From positions 9,589-73,588 of the forward strand of contig JAIRNF010000034.1 in NCBI GenBank assembly GCA_031258195.1: a DNA stretch of 64,000 nt, read 5' to 3'. The notes under the pieces are model-generated. The model was given only the letters and a program-made list of their open reading frames with translations. It ran no database searches and was not told where the DNA came from. Each line of letters starts with the position of its first letter. Within the stretch, counting starts at the first letter, position 1. The position numbers and the translations under genes are program-made. Source of the DNA: Prevotellaceae bacterium (lineage in GTDB: Bacteria > Bacteroidota > Bacteroidia > Bacteroidales > UBA932). This document shows, piece after piece, positions 28,605 to 38,085 of this stretch.

Positions 28605-30659
28605 CTAGCCTATCAGGTCTATACTGCGCTTAACAAATTTATTGAGTGCTTCGCCTTTTAGGCGGTTGTTGGCAAGTAATGCCAGATCTATCAGCTGCTG
28701 AGCCAGCTTATTTTCTTTACCAAAGCCGGTAAGCAGCTCTTCTTGCTGTTGCTTTGCCTCGTCTAGCAGCTTGCTTACTTCCGCCTCTTCGTCTTTTAGG
28801 GTTTGCGGGATTTCTTCGTCTTTCTTACCTTTTTTTTGCTTCTGTATCTCGTCGTATTTTGCTTCTTGCTCTGTAATTTTCGCTTTTACTTCCTTCAGCA
28901 GGTTGCTTAACGCTGCGTCTTTCTCTCTATTTACCTCTTGTACCAGCGGATGGTTGGCGTTTACCACTAAGTTTAGCATATCGCCCATGCTGCCGTAAAA
29001 GTTCATTCCGCCTCCGCCGCTAACGGCAGACATATCTTTCATACGGCGCATAAACTCATTTTGTGTTATAAGTACGGGCGCGTCGTTCTCGCTTAACGCT
29101 TCGAAGTTTACGAGATAATGCTCTTTTTCTTCTTTAGGAGTATTCGCTTCGAATATCGGGCGTAGCTCATTTTGTTGCTCTACGGTAAGCTTCGATTCCA
29201 ACTTTTCGTCCTTTTCTATTAGCTTACTTACAATGTCGGAGTCAACACGTGTAAAGCGGGTATCGCTTAGCTTTTCCTCCAGCTTATTTACAAAATGCGC
29301 ATCCAGATGCCCGTCGAGAAGAAGCACGTCGTAGCCCTTCTCTTTGGCGTCGCTTATAGCAGCATATTGCTCGTCTTTATCGGATGCGTAGAGGTAAACA
29401 ACTTTCTTGTTCTTCTCGGTTTGGTTTGGCTCTATCAGCTTCCGATATTCTTCGAACGTAAAGTATTTGTCGTCGATATTTTTAAGCAGGCAGAAGCTTT
29501 CGGCGCGCTCGTAGAATTTCTCCTCGGAAATCATACCATACTCGATAAACAGCTTTAGGTCGTCCCACTTCTTCTCCAGCTGGAGGCGGTCGTTTTTAAA
29601 GATATCCTGCAACCTGTCGGCAACCTTTTTTGTAATATGCGATGATATTTTCTTTACGTTAGAATCACTTTGTAAGTAGCCGCGCGATACGTTAAGCGGA
29701 ATATCCGGCGAATCGATTACACCATGCAGCAGCGTTAAGAAATCGGGTACTATTCCCTCTACCGAGTCGGTTACGAACACCTGATTGCTGTACAGCTGTA
29801 TTTTGTTTTTCTGAAAATCGATATTGCTACGAATTTTAGGAAAGTAAAGCACACCGGTTAACGTAAAGGGGTAGTCAACATTTAGATGAATATAAAACAA
29901 CGGAGGTTCGCTACCAGGGTACAGCTGCTGGTAGAACGACATATAGTCTTCGTCTTTCAGCTCCGACGGAGTTCTTGTCCAAAGCGGGTTAGTATCGTTT
30001 ATAATGTTGTCCTCTTCAGTGTCAACATACTTCCTGTCTTTCCACTCTTGCTTTTTACCAAAAACAATAGGTACAGGTAGAAACTTACAGTATTTATTCA
30101 GCAGCGTGCTGATACGGTCTTTTTCCAAAAACTCGCTATTCTCTTCCGATATGTGTAGTACGATATCGGTACCGCGCTTAGTGCGAGCATCGGTTTCTTC
30201 CATTGTGTACTCCGGGCTACCATCGCACTCCCAGTGCATAGCAGGAGCGTTTTTATACGACTTAGTAAAAATTTCAACCTTATCGGCAACCATAAAAGAG
30301 GAATAGAACCCAAGTCCGAAGTGACCGATGATGTTTGTTTTGTCCTTATATTTTTCCAAGAATTCTTCGGCGCCGGAGAATGCAATTTGGTTGATATACT
30401 TTTCAATTTCTTCGGCGGTCATACCTATTCCCGAGTCGGAAATGATAAGCGTTTTCTTCTCTTTATCAATGGAAATGTGGATAGTGGTATCGTCAAGCTC
30501 TTCTTTCAGCTCGCCTGATATTGAGAGGGCTTTCAACTTTTGTGTGGCATCAACGGCATTCGATACCAACTCGCGTAAAAATATTTCGTGGTCGGAGTAT
30601 AAGAATTTTTTAATGATGGGAAAGATGTTTTCGGTTGTTACGCCAATTTTTCCGTTCAT
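28605..30659 (-). CDS. htpG: molecular chaperone HtpG (Hsp90)
   Basis: 684 aa. FLRELVSNAVDA, ISDSGIGMT and IGHFGLGFYSSFMVA are Hsp90 N-domain signatures. Confidence 0.93.
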   Translation of the reverse strand: MNGKIGVTTENIFPIIKKFLYSDHEIFLRELVSNAVDATQKLKALSISGELKEELDDTTIHISIDKEKKTLIISDSGIGMTAEEIEKYINQIAFSGAEEFLEKYKDKTNIIGHFGLGFYSSFMVADKVEIFTKSYKNAPAMHWECDGSPEYTMEETDARTKRGTDIVLHISEENSEFLEKDRISTLLNKYCKFLPVPIVFGKKQEWKDRKYVDTEEDNIINDTNPLWTRTPSELKDEDYMSFYQQLYPGSEPPLFYIHLNVDYPFTLTGVLYFPKIRSNIDFQKNKIQLYSNQVFVTDSVEGIVPDFLTLLHGVIDSPDIPLNVSRGYLQSDSNVKKISSHITKKVADRLQDIFKNDRLQLEKKWDDLKLFIEYGMISEEKFYERAESFCLLKNIDDKYFTFEEYRKLIEPNQTEKNKKVVYLYASDKDEQYAAISDAKEKGYDVLLLDGHLDAHFVNKLEEKLSDTRFTRVDSDIVSKLIEKDEKLESKLTVEQQNELRPIFEANTPKEEKEHYLVNFEALSENDAPVLITQNEFMRRMKDMSAVSGGGGMNFYGSMGDMLNLVVNANHPLVQEVNREKDAALSNLLKEVKAKITEQEAKYDEIQKQKKGKKDEEIPQTLKDEEAEVSKLLDEAKQQQEELLTGFGKENKLAQQLIDLALLANNRLKGEALNKFVKRSIDLIG

Positions 30660-30699
30660 AGCTGTAATATTATTATGGGTTATACTTAGCAGTTATTTC

Positions 30700-30728
30700 C
30701 GTCATTCCGAGTGAAGCGAGGAATGACG
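30700..30728. repeat. palindromic intergenic repeat, short hairpin form
   Basis: CGTCATTCCGAGTGAAGCGAGGAATGACG, between the htpG start and the lptF/G-like gene end. Confidence 0.8.
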
Positions 30729-30829
30729 GCGGTTATTGTATGACGAAAACAACTATTATGCCGATTAACAAAATATGTCATTTTGTCAACGGATAGGGGT
30801 TTCGGTATGCCAGATTGTGGCCGAATGGG

Positions 30830-31921
30830 CTATTTTGGTGCCAGCCTGTATAGGTATATGGCAATTAAGGTAAAGATAATGTTGGGTACCCACACGGCAA
30901 GTAGCGCTCCTAACGTATCAACAAGTATGGTGCTGAACTGCATAAAGAAAATATATGTAAAGCTAAGCCCTATACCTATCCCGATATGTAGCCCGATTCC
31001 TCCGCGAACTTTTCGCGACGAAAGCGAAACCCCTATCAACGTTAGAATAAAGGTGGAGAAAGGCATAGAAAAGCGGGTGTACTTTTCTATATAGGCACCT
31101 TGTATGGCTTTAGAACCCCGTATTTTAAGGCGGTCGATATACTCGTTCAGCTCAAAGTAGTCCATCGATTGCACCACGTTATCGCGCGACGAAAGGTCGA
31201 AATCCGTAAGGAGCAATGTCGTGTCGAGCATCGGTCCTCTGGTAAGCGTTTCGCCATTTTCGCGCATATCGCGGATAATGTAGTTATAAACCGTCCATTT
31301 GTTTTTAGTCGAATCCCATACAGCCCTGTCGGAGGTCAGCTTAGAGACGAGTTGGTTTCCGTCGAATTTTTCGAGCGAAAATCGCTCTGCCGATTTGCTG
31401 AATGTGTTGTAATGCCTGATATATACAAATTCTCCCGGTTGCAGCTGTAGGTGTATGTTCTCTTCGGTGTTGTAGAATGGTTTTCTGAAATAAACGTTCT
31501 CAAATGCTTGCCGGTGCTTATTTGCGGGCGGAATAATAAACAGGTTTAGCGTAAAGCTTAGTATAGCGATAAAAAGCGCGGAGATGAAGTAAGGGTACAT
31601 CATACGTTTAAAGCTGATGCCGCTCGATAGTATCGCAATAATCTCGGTATTGTATGCCATTCGCGACGTAAAGAAGATAACGGTAATAAACACGAATAGC
31701 GGGCTAAACTGGTTAATGAAAAACGGAATAAAGTTGAGATAGTAATCGAAAACAATAGCGGAAAGGGGTGCGTTATTTTCCGTAAACTTACCGATCCTTT
31801 CGCTAACATCGAATACAACTATGATACAGATAAAGAATGTGAGAATAAAAAAATACGACCCGATGAACTTTCGGATGATATATCTGTCAACTATTTTAGG
31901 TCGTATATCGAAGGATTTCAT
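30830..31921 (-). CDS. LptF/LptG-family LPS export permease
   Basis: 363 aa. IVDRYIIRKFIGSYFFILTFFICIIVVFDVSE is a YjgP/YjgQ-type N-terminus. The protein has six TM segments with a large periplasmic loop. Confidence 0.8.
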   Translation of the reverse strand: MKSFDIRPKIVDRYIIRKFIGSYFFILTFFICIIVVFDVSERIGKFTENNAPLSAIVFDYYLNFIPFFINQFSPLFVFITVIFFTSRMAYNTEIIAILSSGISFKRMMYPYFISALFIAILSFTLNLFIIPPANKHRQAFENVYFRKPFYNTEENIHLQLQPGEFVYIRHYNTFSKSAERFSLEKFDGNQLVSKLTSDRAVWDSTKNKWTVYNYIIRDMRENGETLTRGPMLDTTLLLTDFDLSSRDNVVQSMDYFELNEYIDRLKIRGSKAIQGAYIEKYTRFSMPFSTFILTLIGVSLSSRKVRGGIGLHIGIGIGLSFTYIFFMQFSTILVDTLGALLAVWVPNIIFTLIAIYLYRLAPK

Positions 31922-32009
31922 TGTTGATCTTTGAGCAGCAAAGATAAACTTTAGACGCTATAAATCGAAAATGTAAAAGTATTTCTTTTTCATTCGGGCG
32001 TTAAAGAAT

Positions 32010-32693
32010 TTAAAATAGCCGCTTTTTAGAGGTGGTAGCTACAAAATCTTTAAGGTAGAAAGGTTCGAAATAGGCGGTGTCAACAAAGTCGTTTATCTTA
32101 AGCTTCTTATTGGCGAGTAGCATCATTCCCCGTGCCGAGTGCTTTATATCAAGAAATATAGCATTTGCCGATTGTATAAGCGGCTTACATTTCTCAGCTC
32201 CGTTACCGAAAAAAGCAATCCGTTTGTTCTCCAGCAGTTCTGAATAGCTGTTCTCTTCTATAATTTGGGCTGAGACTTTGCCGGTAAGGTTACCGTTCAG
32301 GTCGAAAAATGCGGTATATACCTCCATACGCCGGGCATCTATCATGGGGCATAGCAAATCTACGGCTATGTTCTGTTCTATTGCCAGCATAGCCAGCGAT
32401 TGAAGGCTGTTAACCGCAATAAGCGGTTTATCCGCACCATAGCAAATACCTTTAGCTGTGGCAACACCTATACGTAACCCTGTATATGAACCGGGACCCT
32501 CGCTAACGGCTACCGCATCTAGGTTATTTGTAGTAGTCCCCTGTTCTTTTAGAACCTTGTCAATAAAAGGCGACAGGAGCTTGCCATGCTCCATGCCTTT
32601 ATCACTTTCGGCTAAAGCCAGCAACTGACCGTCTTTCGCCAGCGCTACCGAGCAAATTTCCGTTCCTGTTTCTATATTAAGTATAAGCGGCAT
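32010..32693 (-). CDS. tsaB: tRNA t6A37 biosynthesis protein TsaB
   Basis: MPLILNIETGTEICSVALAKDGQ...VSEGPGSYTGLRIGVATAKG is the YeaZ/TsaB signature. Confidence 0.88.
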   Translation of the reverse strand: MPLILNIETGTEICSVALAKDGQLLALAESDKGMEHGKLLSPFIDKVLKEQGTTTNNLDAVAVSEGPGSYTGLRIGVATAKGICYGADKPLIAVNSLQSLAMLAIEQNIAVDLLCPMIDARRMEVYTAFFDLNGNLTGKVSAQIIEENSYSELLENKRIAFFGNGAEKCKPLIQSANAIFLDIKHSARGMMLLANKKLKINDFVDTAYFEPFYLKDFVATTSKKRLF

Positions 32694-32886
32694 ATCTACT
32701 TTATGAAGCTACAGCGCTAACCGTTTGTTGTTTGTATGGAATTTACTAATTCTCTTGCATTAGAATAGTAAAGCAACTCGTAATGAAAAAAAATACCTGA
32801 CGTCTCTTATAGCTTTTCTTATTGGTTTTGCGCTGTACTACGCGCTAAATCATTTTGACATTCTCTGATTCAGCTACTGCTAAAAC

Positions 32887-34146
32887 TTACTTACCGTTTC
32901 CGGTAAACAGCTTGTCTGCCGGGGTAACCTTTACTAAGCTGCCGTTTCGTAATACTCTCGATATGGCGTTATATGGTGCTGTAACAACATCGACCGTATC
33001 GCTAATGCCAATAACTTCTATGTAACTGTTATCCTGAAGCCCTGTTTGTATTTTTGCAACTTTAACTCTGCTGTTGCTATCTATAATGAAAATCATAGAA
33101 CTAATTCCATTGTCGGCATTCTCTGTTTTGGTTGTATCTGCCGGTCGCAGATCGGTACGCGTAGTAATGGCTTGTATGGGCAGGCTAAGAACATCGTGTA
33201 CAGCTCTTGTCTGTATTGAAACAGACGCCGACATACCCGGTAAGAATTTAGGGGGTTCTTTTCCTTCTAGTTCTTCTTCGGTAGGAAGTAATAGTACCTT
33301 AACCTCAAAATTTGTAACCTGATCTGTTGTAGTAGTAGTAAGGTTTTTAGCAGAATTGGCTATTTGTGTTACAACACCTTTGAATTTACGGTCGGGGTAG
33401 GCGTCGATTTCTACTACGGCTGTATCGTTCATTTTTACACGAATAATGTCATTCTCGTTCACTTCAACAAGAACCTCCATTGCGTTGAGGTTGGCAATAC
33501 GTAGCATTTCCGTTCCTGCCATTTGTACTGTACCTAATACACGCTCGCCCTGTTCTACGCTGAGCAGAGAGACTGTTCCGCTCATCGGAGCAAATACGGT
33601 TGTTTTAGATAAATCCTCCTCTGCTTTTTGTAGCGATGCTTGAGCATTATTCACATTAAAGCGGGCGGCTTCTACTTCTTTTGTCGCAACATCAAGCTCC
33701 GACTGAAAGTTTTCGTACTCTGCAAGCGTAATAGCCGACTGGTCATAAAGTGTTTTATTCCTATTGTAGGTAAGCTCCGCTTGTGTTAGCCTTGCTTCGG
33801 CCTGTGCTAAACGCGCTTTGTTGGTGTTTAGCGACGCAATAGCCTGATCGCGCAAAGAAATATACACATCGGGTTTTATTTTTAGCAGCAGTTGTCCACG
33901 CTCAACCTTATCGCCTTCTCTAACGTTCAGCTCAACAATCTCGCCCGATACGTCGGGGCTAAGCTTAACTTCTGTTACGGGTTGTATTTTACCGTTTGCC
34001 GGAATCATTTCAGCTATAGTTCGTTTTGCCGGTTTTTCTACGGCAACTTTTAGCCCTTCATCTTTGGTAAACCATCCCGAACATGTGCCAATCAGTAAAA
34101 TCAGCAGAAAAATTATGGCAATGGTAATTATATATTTTCTTTTCAT
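32887..34146 (-). CDS. HlyD/MacA-type periplasmic adaptor (membrane fusion protein)
   Basis: The start was chosen at MKRKYIITIAIIFLL (34146; the track ORF start at 34287 overlaps tolC). It has a lipoyl-like segment GEIVELNVREGDKVERGQLLLKI, a coiled coil, and a beta-barrel. Confidence 0.82.
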   Translation of the reverse strand: MKRKYIITIAIIFLLILLIGTCSGWFTKDEGLKVAVEKPAKRTIAEMIPANGKIQPVTEVKLSPDVSGEIVELNVREGDKVERGQLLLKIKPDVYISLRDQAIASLNTNKARLAQAEARLTQAELTYNRNKTLYDQSAITLAEYENFQSELDVATKEVEAARFNVNNAQASLQKAEEDLSKTTVFAPMSGTVSLLSVEQGERVLGTVQMAGTEMLRIANLNAMEVLVEVNENDIIRVKMNDTAVVEIDAYPDRKFKGVVTQIANSAKNLTTTTTDQVTNFEVKVLLLPTEEELEGKEPPKFLPGMSASVSIQTRAVHDVLSLPIQAITTRTDLRPADTTKTENADNGISSMIFIIDSNSRVKVAKIQTGLQDNSYIEVIGISDTVDVVTAPYNAISRVLRNGSLVKVTPADKLFTGNGK

Positions 34147-34174
34147 ATAGAGTAGTATTGACAGGTATTTGAAC

Positions 34175-35491
34175 TTATAACGACAGCGGGATTCCTTGGT
34201 AAAAATCCAGTATTTTAGATTGGAATATAAATTGATATTTTGATTGAGCCAGCTCTGATTGCGCTCTTGCAAGATTCTTTTTTGCAATATTATAATCGGT
34301 AGTGTTAACCATACCTACGTTGAACTTTTGTTCTACGTAACGAAAAGACTCTTGCAAAGCAGTAACGTTCTTCTGCGATGCATGGTAACGTTGTAGTGCA
34401 GCCTCTGCGTCAACTTCTGCCTGTTGTATTTCTTTGTACAGGTTATTCTTTGTTTGTTGCAGCTGCAGCTCTGCGTTGCGCACGTTAAGCTTAGTGTTAC
34501 GTATAGCTGTTCGAGTTTGCCAGCCGTTAAATATTGGCACAGATAAACGCAACGAAAAATTGTAATAGTAGTTGTTTCTAATCTGATCGCTAAATGAGTT
34601 AGGAGCAGCCTCCGAATATTGTGTGGTAAAACCTCCACCTATCGACAAACCGGGGTAATCGGCGCCTTTTGCAATGCTTAGCTGTTTTCTGGCGCTTAGC
34701 AATCGGTATTCGGCACTTTTTACCTCTGGTCGTAAAGCAGAGTTTTGTTCAAAAATCTGGTTAACATCACTTATCCTCCGTACTTCCGGTAAAACCTCAA
34801 TCTCCGGATTCTCAATTTTAAACGAATCATCGGTTTGTATATCTAGCAGCTGTTTTAAGTTGAGGTAAGAAACGGCAATGTTATTCTTGGCAACAACTAC
34901 TTCAACTTCTTCAGTTGCCCGTTGCGCCTGTAAATCTAAATACGCGCTCATAGTTACGCTACCGGCATCTACCAGAATTTTTGTTTTAGCCAGCTGCTCG
35001 GTGGTTGTTTTCAGCTGTTCTTCTGCAATAAGTAGCCTCTCTTCGTCTAAGAGTATTTGCAGGTAGGCACCTGCAATATTAAGAGAAATGTCATTTCTTA
35101 ACTTTTCTACATCTTGGGTGGCAGCTTGATAGTTCAGCTCGTTTCGTTTAATGGCGTTTTGCTTCTGCAGACCGGCAAACAAGGTTGCGGAGGCGCTTGC
35201 AGATAGGTTTGCCGATTGGTTGCGGGTTTCAACATACTGGTTTGTTGTAATGTCTAAAGAACGCCCCCAGTTAATACCATAGCTTCCGCTACCCGATATG
35301 CTGGGAAGTAGATTTAGCTTAGATTGTAGCAGACTATTCTTTTCTTGTATAGCGTTCAGCTCCTGCCGTTTTATTTGTATGTTGTTAGTTATCGCATAGC
35401 TAATACAGTCTCCGAGGCTCCACGCTTCTTGTGCATGTATTCCAGTTGTAGCGAGAATAGCGAGAATGGCAAGGCTTATCTTTTTTTTCAT
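34175..35491 (-). CDS. TolC-family outer-membrane efflux protein
   Basis: 438 aa with a signal peptide and duplicated coiled-coil/beta repeats (LNYQAATQDVEKLRNDI...; LNVRNAELQLQQTKNNL...). Confidence 0.85.
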   Translation of the reverse strand: MKKKISLAILAILATTGIHAQEAWSLGDCISYAITNNIQIKRQELNAIQEKNSLLQSKLNLLPSISGSGSYGINWGRSLDITTNQYVETRNQSANLSASASATLFAGLQKQNAIKRNELNYQAATQDVEKLRNDISLNIAGAYLQILLDEERLLIAEEQLKTTTEQLAKTKILVDAGSVTMSAYLDLQAQRATEEVEVVVAKNNIAVSYLNLKQLLDIQTDDSFKIENPEIEVLPEVRRISDVNQIFEQNSALRPEVKSAEYRLLSARKQLSIAKGADYPGLSIGGGFTTQYSEAAPNSFSDQIRNNYYYNFSLRLSVPIFNGWQTRTAIRNTKLNVRNAELQLQQTKNNLYKEIQQAEVDAEAALQRYHASQKNVTALQESFRYVEQKFNVGMVNTTDYNIAKKNLARAQSELAQSKYQFIFQSKILDFYQGIPLSL

Positions 35492-35595
35492 AAGTCGGAA
35501 TGTATTCAGAGTTACTAAGGGTCTTTTATTCTTCGTCTTAAATTCCTGTCAATTAATTTACAAATATATGATTTTGACGTAATAATGCACAAGGT

Positions 35596-36099
35596 TTACT
35601 CTTCTTCCTGCTCTTCTTTTCCAAAAGTTAGGTACGGGAAAATAAATACCCCTACTTTTTTCAGCGGCTTATAGGTAAAAGATTTGTCTATAGTTTCTTG
35701 CGAAACCATTTTCATACCTGTATTCAGATTCTCAAAAACAATAAACAGTATGCTAAGAATTAAGGTGATCTTAAGAAAAGCAAATGCTGCCCCTAAAATA
35801 CGGTTAACCAGCCCCAGCATCACGGTTTGTACAATTTGGTGAACGATTTTGCCTAGCATATAAATCAGTATCCAAACTCCGACAAGTGTGATGGTGAATG
35901 CAATAATATCTGTAAAAGTGGGATCTGTACTTAGCGATTCTGAAATAAAACCCGCAACAAACCCCGATAGCTTATAGGCGCAGTAAACCCCGATGAATAG
36001 TGCTGCTAATGAAAATACCTGAACAACGAACCCTTTTGAAAATCCGCTCACGATACTCCAAATCAGAATGGCTAGTATTACTAAATCAATAATATTCAT
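35596..36099 (-). CDS. cvpA: CvpA-family membrane protein
   Basis: MNIIDLVILAILIWSIVSGFSKGFV is the typical CvpA N-terminus. The protein has four TM helices. Confidence 0.8.
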   Translation of the reverse strand: MNIIDLVILAILIWSIVSGFSKGFVVQVFSLAALFIGVYCAYKLSGFVAGFISESLSTDPTFTDIIAFTITLVGVWILIYMLGKIVHQIVQTVMLGLVNRILGAAFAFLKITLILSILFIVFENLNTGMKMVSQETIDKSFTYKPLKKVGVFIFPYLTFGKEEQEEE

Positions 36100-36186
36100 G
36101 CACTAAAGTTGGGATACAAAGTAACAAGAATAGTTTGAATTGAACAAGTTTGTCTAAGAAAATGGTTATTAAATTCATACTGTTCC

Positions 36187-36266
36187 CATCATTTCGAACG
36201 TAGTGAGAAATCTCCTGTCGAGCAGCACCTTGAGTGAGGAGATTTCTCACTACGTTCGAAATGACG
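36187..36266. repeat. palindromic intergenic repeat, long form
   Basis: CATCATTTCGAACGTAGTGAGAAATCTCCT pairs with AGGAGATTTCTCACTACGTTCGAAATGACG (near-perfect 30-bp arms). Confidence 0.88.
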
Positions 36267-36268
36267 AT

Positions 36269-37009
36269 TTACTTTAGGTCGAATTTCGCCTTTTCTTTAA
36301 TATCTTTTTTAATCTGCTTTATCCTTCTTTTATAGTTGATCGGGGCTATACTGATCTGTGGAATCTTGCCTGTTTTGTTGATGATAGAATCTACCAATCG
36401 TAGGTTTTTTGCTTCCTCTATGCTTCTCCCGCCCAGAGAGTCAACCCTGGAACCCATGATTTGTAGGGCGCGAGACTCCCAGCTGAAGTTCTTTTTAAAC
36501 CAAATATCATGTTTTGTCGGTTTCCACTCTATGGGAGTAGACAAACCGACAACGGGAGTCTGAATTCCGGGATGAAGAGGGTATGGGGCTTCGCGCTCTT
36601 TTTCGAAAGGACTTTTCTTATCCATTCCCGGTATAAACGCATGGCGGCTAATGTACTTGCCATTCTTCATCATAAAGGGTTGTATGTCAAGATGTACTCC
36701 ATAAGTATCTTTCTCCCACTTCAAAAAGCCTTTATAGTAGAATTTTGTAAAGTTATCGACTGTCAGATCGGGGACAATTGTGTCTTCTGCGGGAAGGGTA
36801 GGGGGTGTAGGGTTATAGTCTAAACCGTCGAGCCTCAGCTTACTTGGCATTAACGATTGCTTAGACTGCATTGGTTGGTTTGGTATAATTAGCTGAGGCT
36901 TAACGCCGGGGGCTCTTAGCCTAAGGGTATCTTCTTGCTGAGCCACGCACAGCCGCGCTCCAAGAAACAGGAGCGTAAAGAAGGCTATTAGCTGCTTGTG
37001 GTTTTTCAA
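36269..37009 (-). CDS. secreted hypothetical protein
   Basis: 246 aa with signal peptide MKNHKQLIAFFTLLFLGARLCVAQ. No recognisable catalytic motif. Confidence 0.55.
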   Translation of the reverse strand: MKNHKQLIAFFTLLFLGARLCVAQQEDTLRLRAPGVKPQLIIPNQPMQSKQSLMPSKLRLDGLDYNPTPPTLPAEDTIVPDLTVDNFTKFYYKGFLKWEKDTYGVHLDIQPFMMKNGKYISRHAFIPGMDKKSPFEKEREAPYPLHPGIQTPVVGLSTPIEWKPTKHDIWFKKNFSWESRALQIMGSRVDSLGGRSIEEAKNLRLVDSIINKTGKIPQISIAPINYKRRIKQIKKDIKEKAKFDLK

Positions 37010-37152
37010 TAGTTAGTATTTAAGTTAATGCGGCGCAAGTTTAGCTTAATGTTTGTCTTTAACCAAATCGGTTTACCTATTTTAGCTGACGCTAAAATAA
37101 ATTTGATGTTCACTGCTTTTATTGCCGGGCAAAGGATAGAAACGAGGCAAAG

Positions 37153-37947
37153 CTAGACGAAGAGGTATAAGCTGAACGCCATAACCAGCATACCTACAAC
37201 AAGTCCTGCAATAGAAATGTGGTGTTCGCCGTACTTTTCGGCGCTGGGTAGCAGCTCATCCAGAGATATAAAAACCATAATGCCCGATACGGCTGCCAAT
37301 ACAATTCCGTTAATCAACGGCGACCAGAACGGCATTAAAAATAGGTAAGCAACTAGCGCACCTAAGGGTTCTGCAAGTCCTGATAGAAATGAGAACCAGA
37401 ATGCTTTTTTCTTGTTGTCGGTTGCATGATAAATAGGTACGGCAACGGCAACACCTTCGGGTATATTGTGTATGGCAATGGCGACGGTAATAGGAATGGC
37501 GAGGTCTAACCCCTCAAGAGCAGACGTAAACGTGGCAATACCTTCGGGAAAGTTGTGTATGGCAATAGATAGCGCGACAACTAACCCTACACGGTGTAAC
37601 CCCTTTTTTTTGCCCATCTCCTCAACGCCATGAATTTCGTGGGGATTGGTTGATTTGGGGACTAAAAAGTCTATTGCCGCAATAAAGCCTATCCCTCCAA
37701 AAAATGCAAGTATTAAGTATAGTAGCCCAAGTTTTTCGCCCACAACCCGTTCCAAGCCTTCTTTTGCTGTTGGCATCATCTCCATAAATGAGACGTAAAG
37801 CATAACCCCTGCCGAAAATCCTAACGATGCACATAAAAATTTGGTGTTGGTACGTTTGGCAACCAGCGATATAATGCTACCTATACCGGTAGATAGTCCG
37901 GCAATTAGGGTGAGGGTAAACGCTAATAGTATGGTTTGGGTATCCAT
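37153..37947 (-). CDS. zupT: ZIP-family zinc transporter ZupT
   Basis: 264 aa. The duplicated HNFPEGIA / HNIPEGVAVA motifs are typical of ZupT. Confidence 0.88.
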   Translation of the reverse strand: MDTQTILLAFTLTLIAGLSTGIGSIISLVAKRTNTKFLCASLGFSAGVMLYVSFMEMMPTAKEGLERVVGEKLGLLYLILAFFGGIGFIAAIDFLVPKSTNPHEIHGVEEMGKKKGLHRVGLVVALSIAIHNFPEGIATFTSALEGLDLAIPITVAIAIHNIPEGVAVAVPIYHATDNKKKAFWFSFLSGLAEPLGALVAYLFLMPFWSPLINGIVLAAVSGIMVFISLDELLPSAEKYGEHHISIAGLVVGMLVMAFSLYLFV

Positions 37948-38085
37948 ATTTTAAAATTGCCTTTTCTGTTAAAGACTGCTACAAATATACCTAATAATTC
38001 AGGTTGGTAGCTATTTTCCATTACTGTGATATTTGGTTGTAGCTGTTATGTTGTAAAATGAGTTGATAAATAACATATATAAAAC

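Noticed and set aside
32800-32830. A short ORF after an A8 run (ATGAAAAAAAATACC...) in the tsaB-adaptor spacer, as a possible frameshifted small membrane peptide.
   Set aside because: It only gives ~25 codons even after an assumed 1-nt correction, and there are no supporting features.
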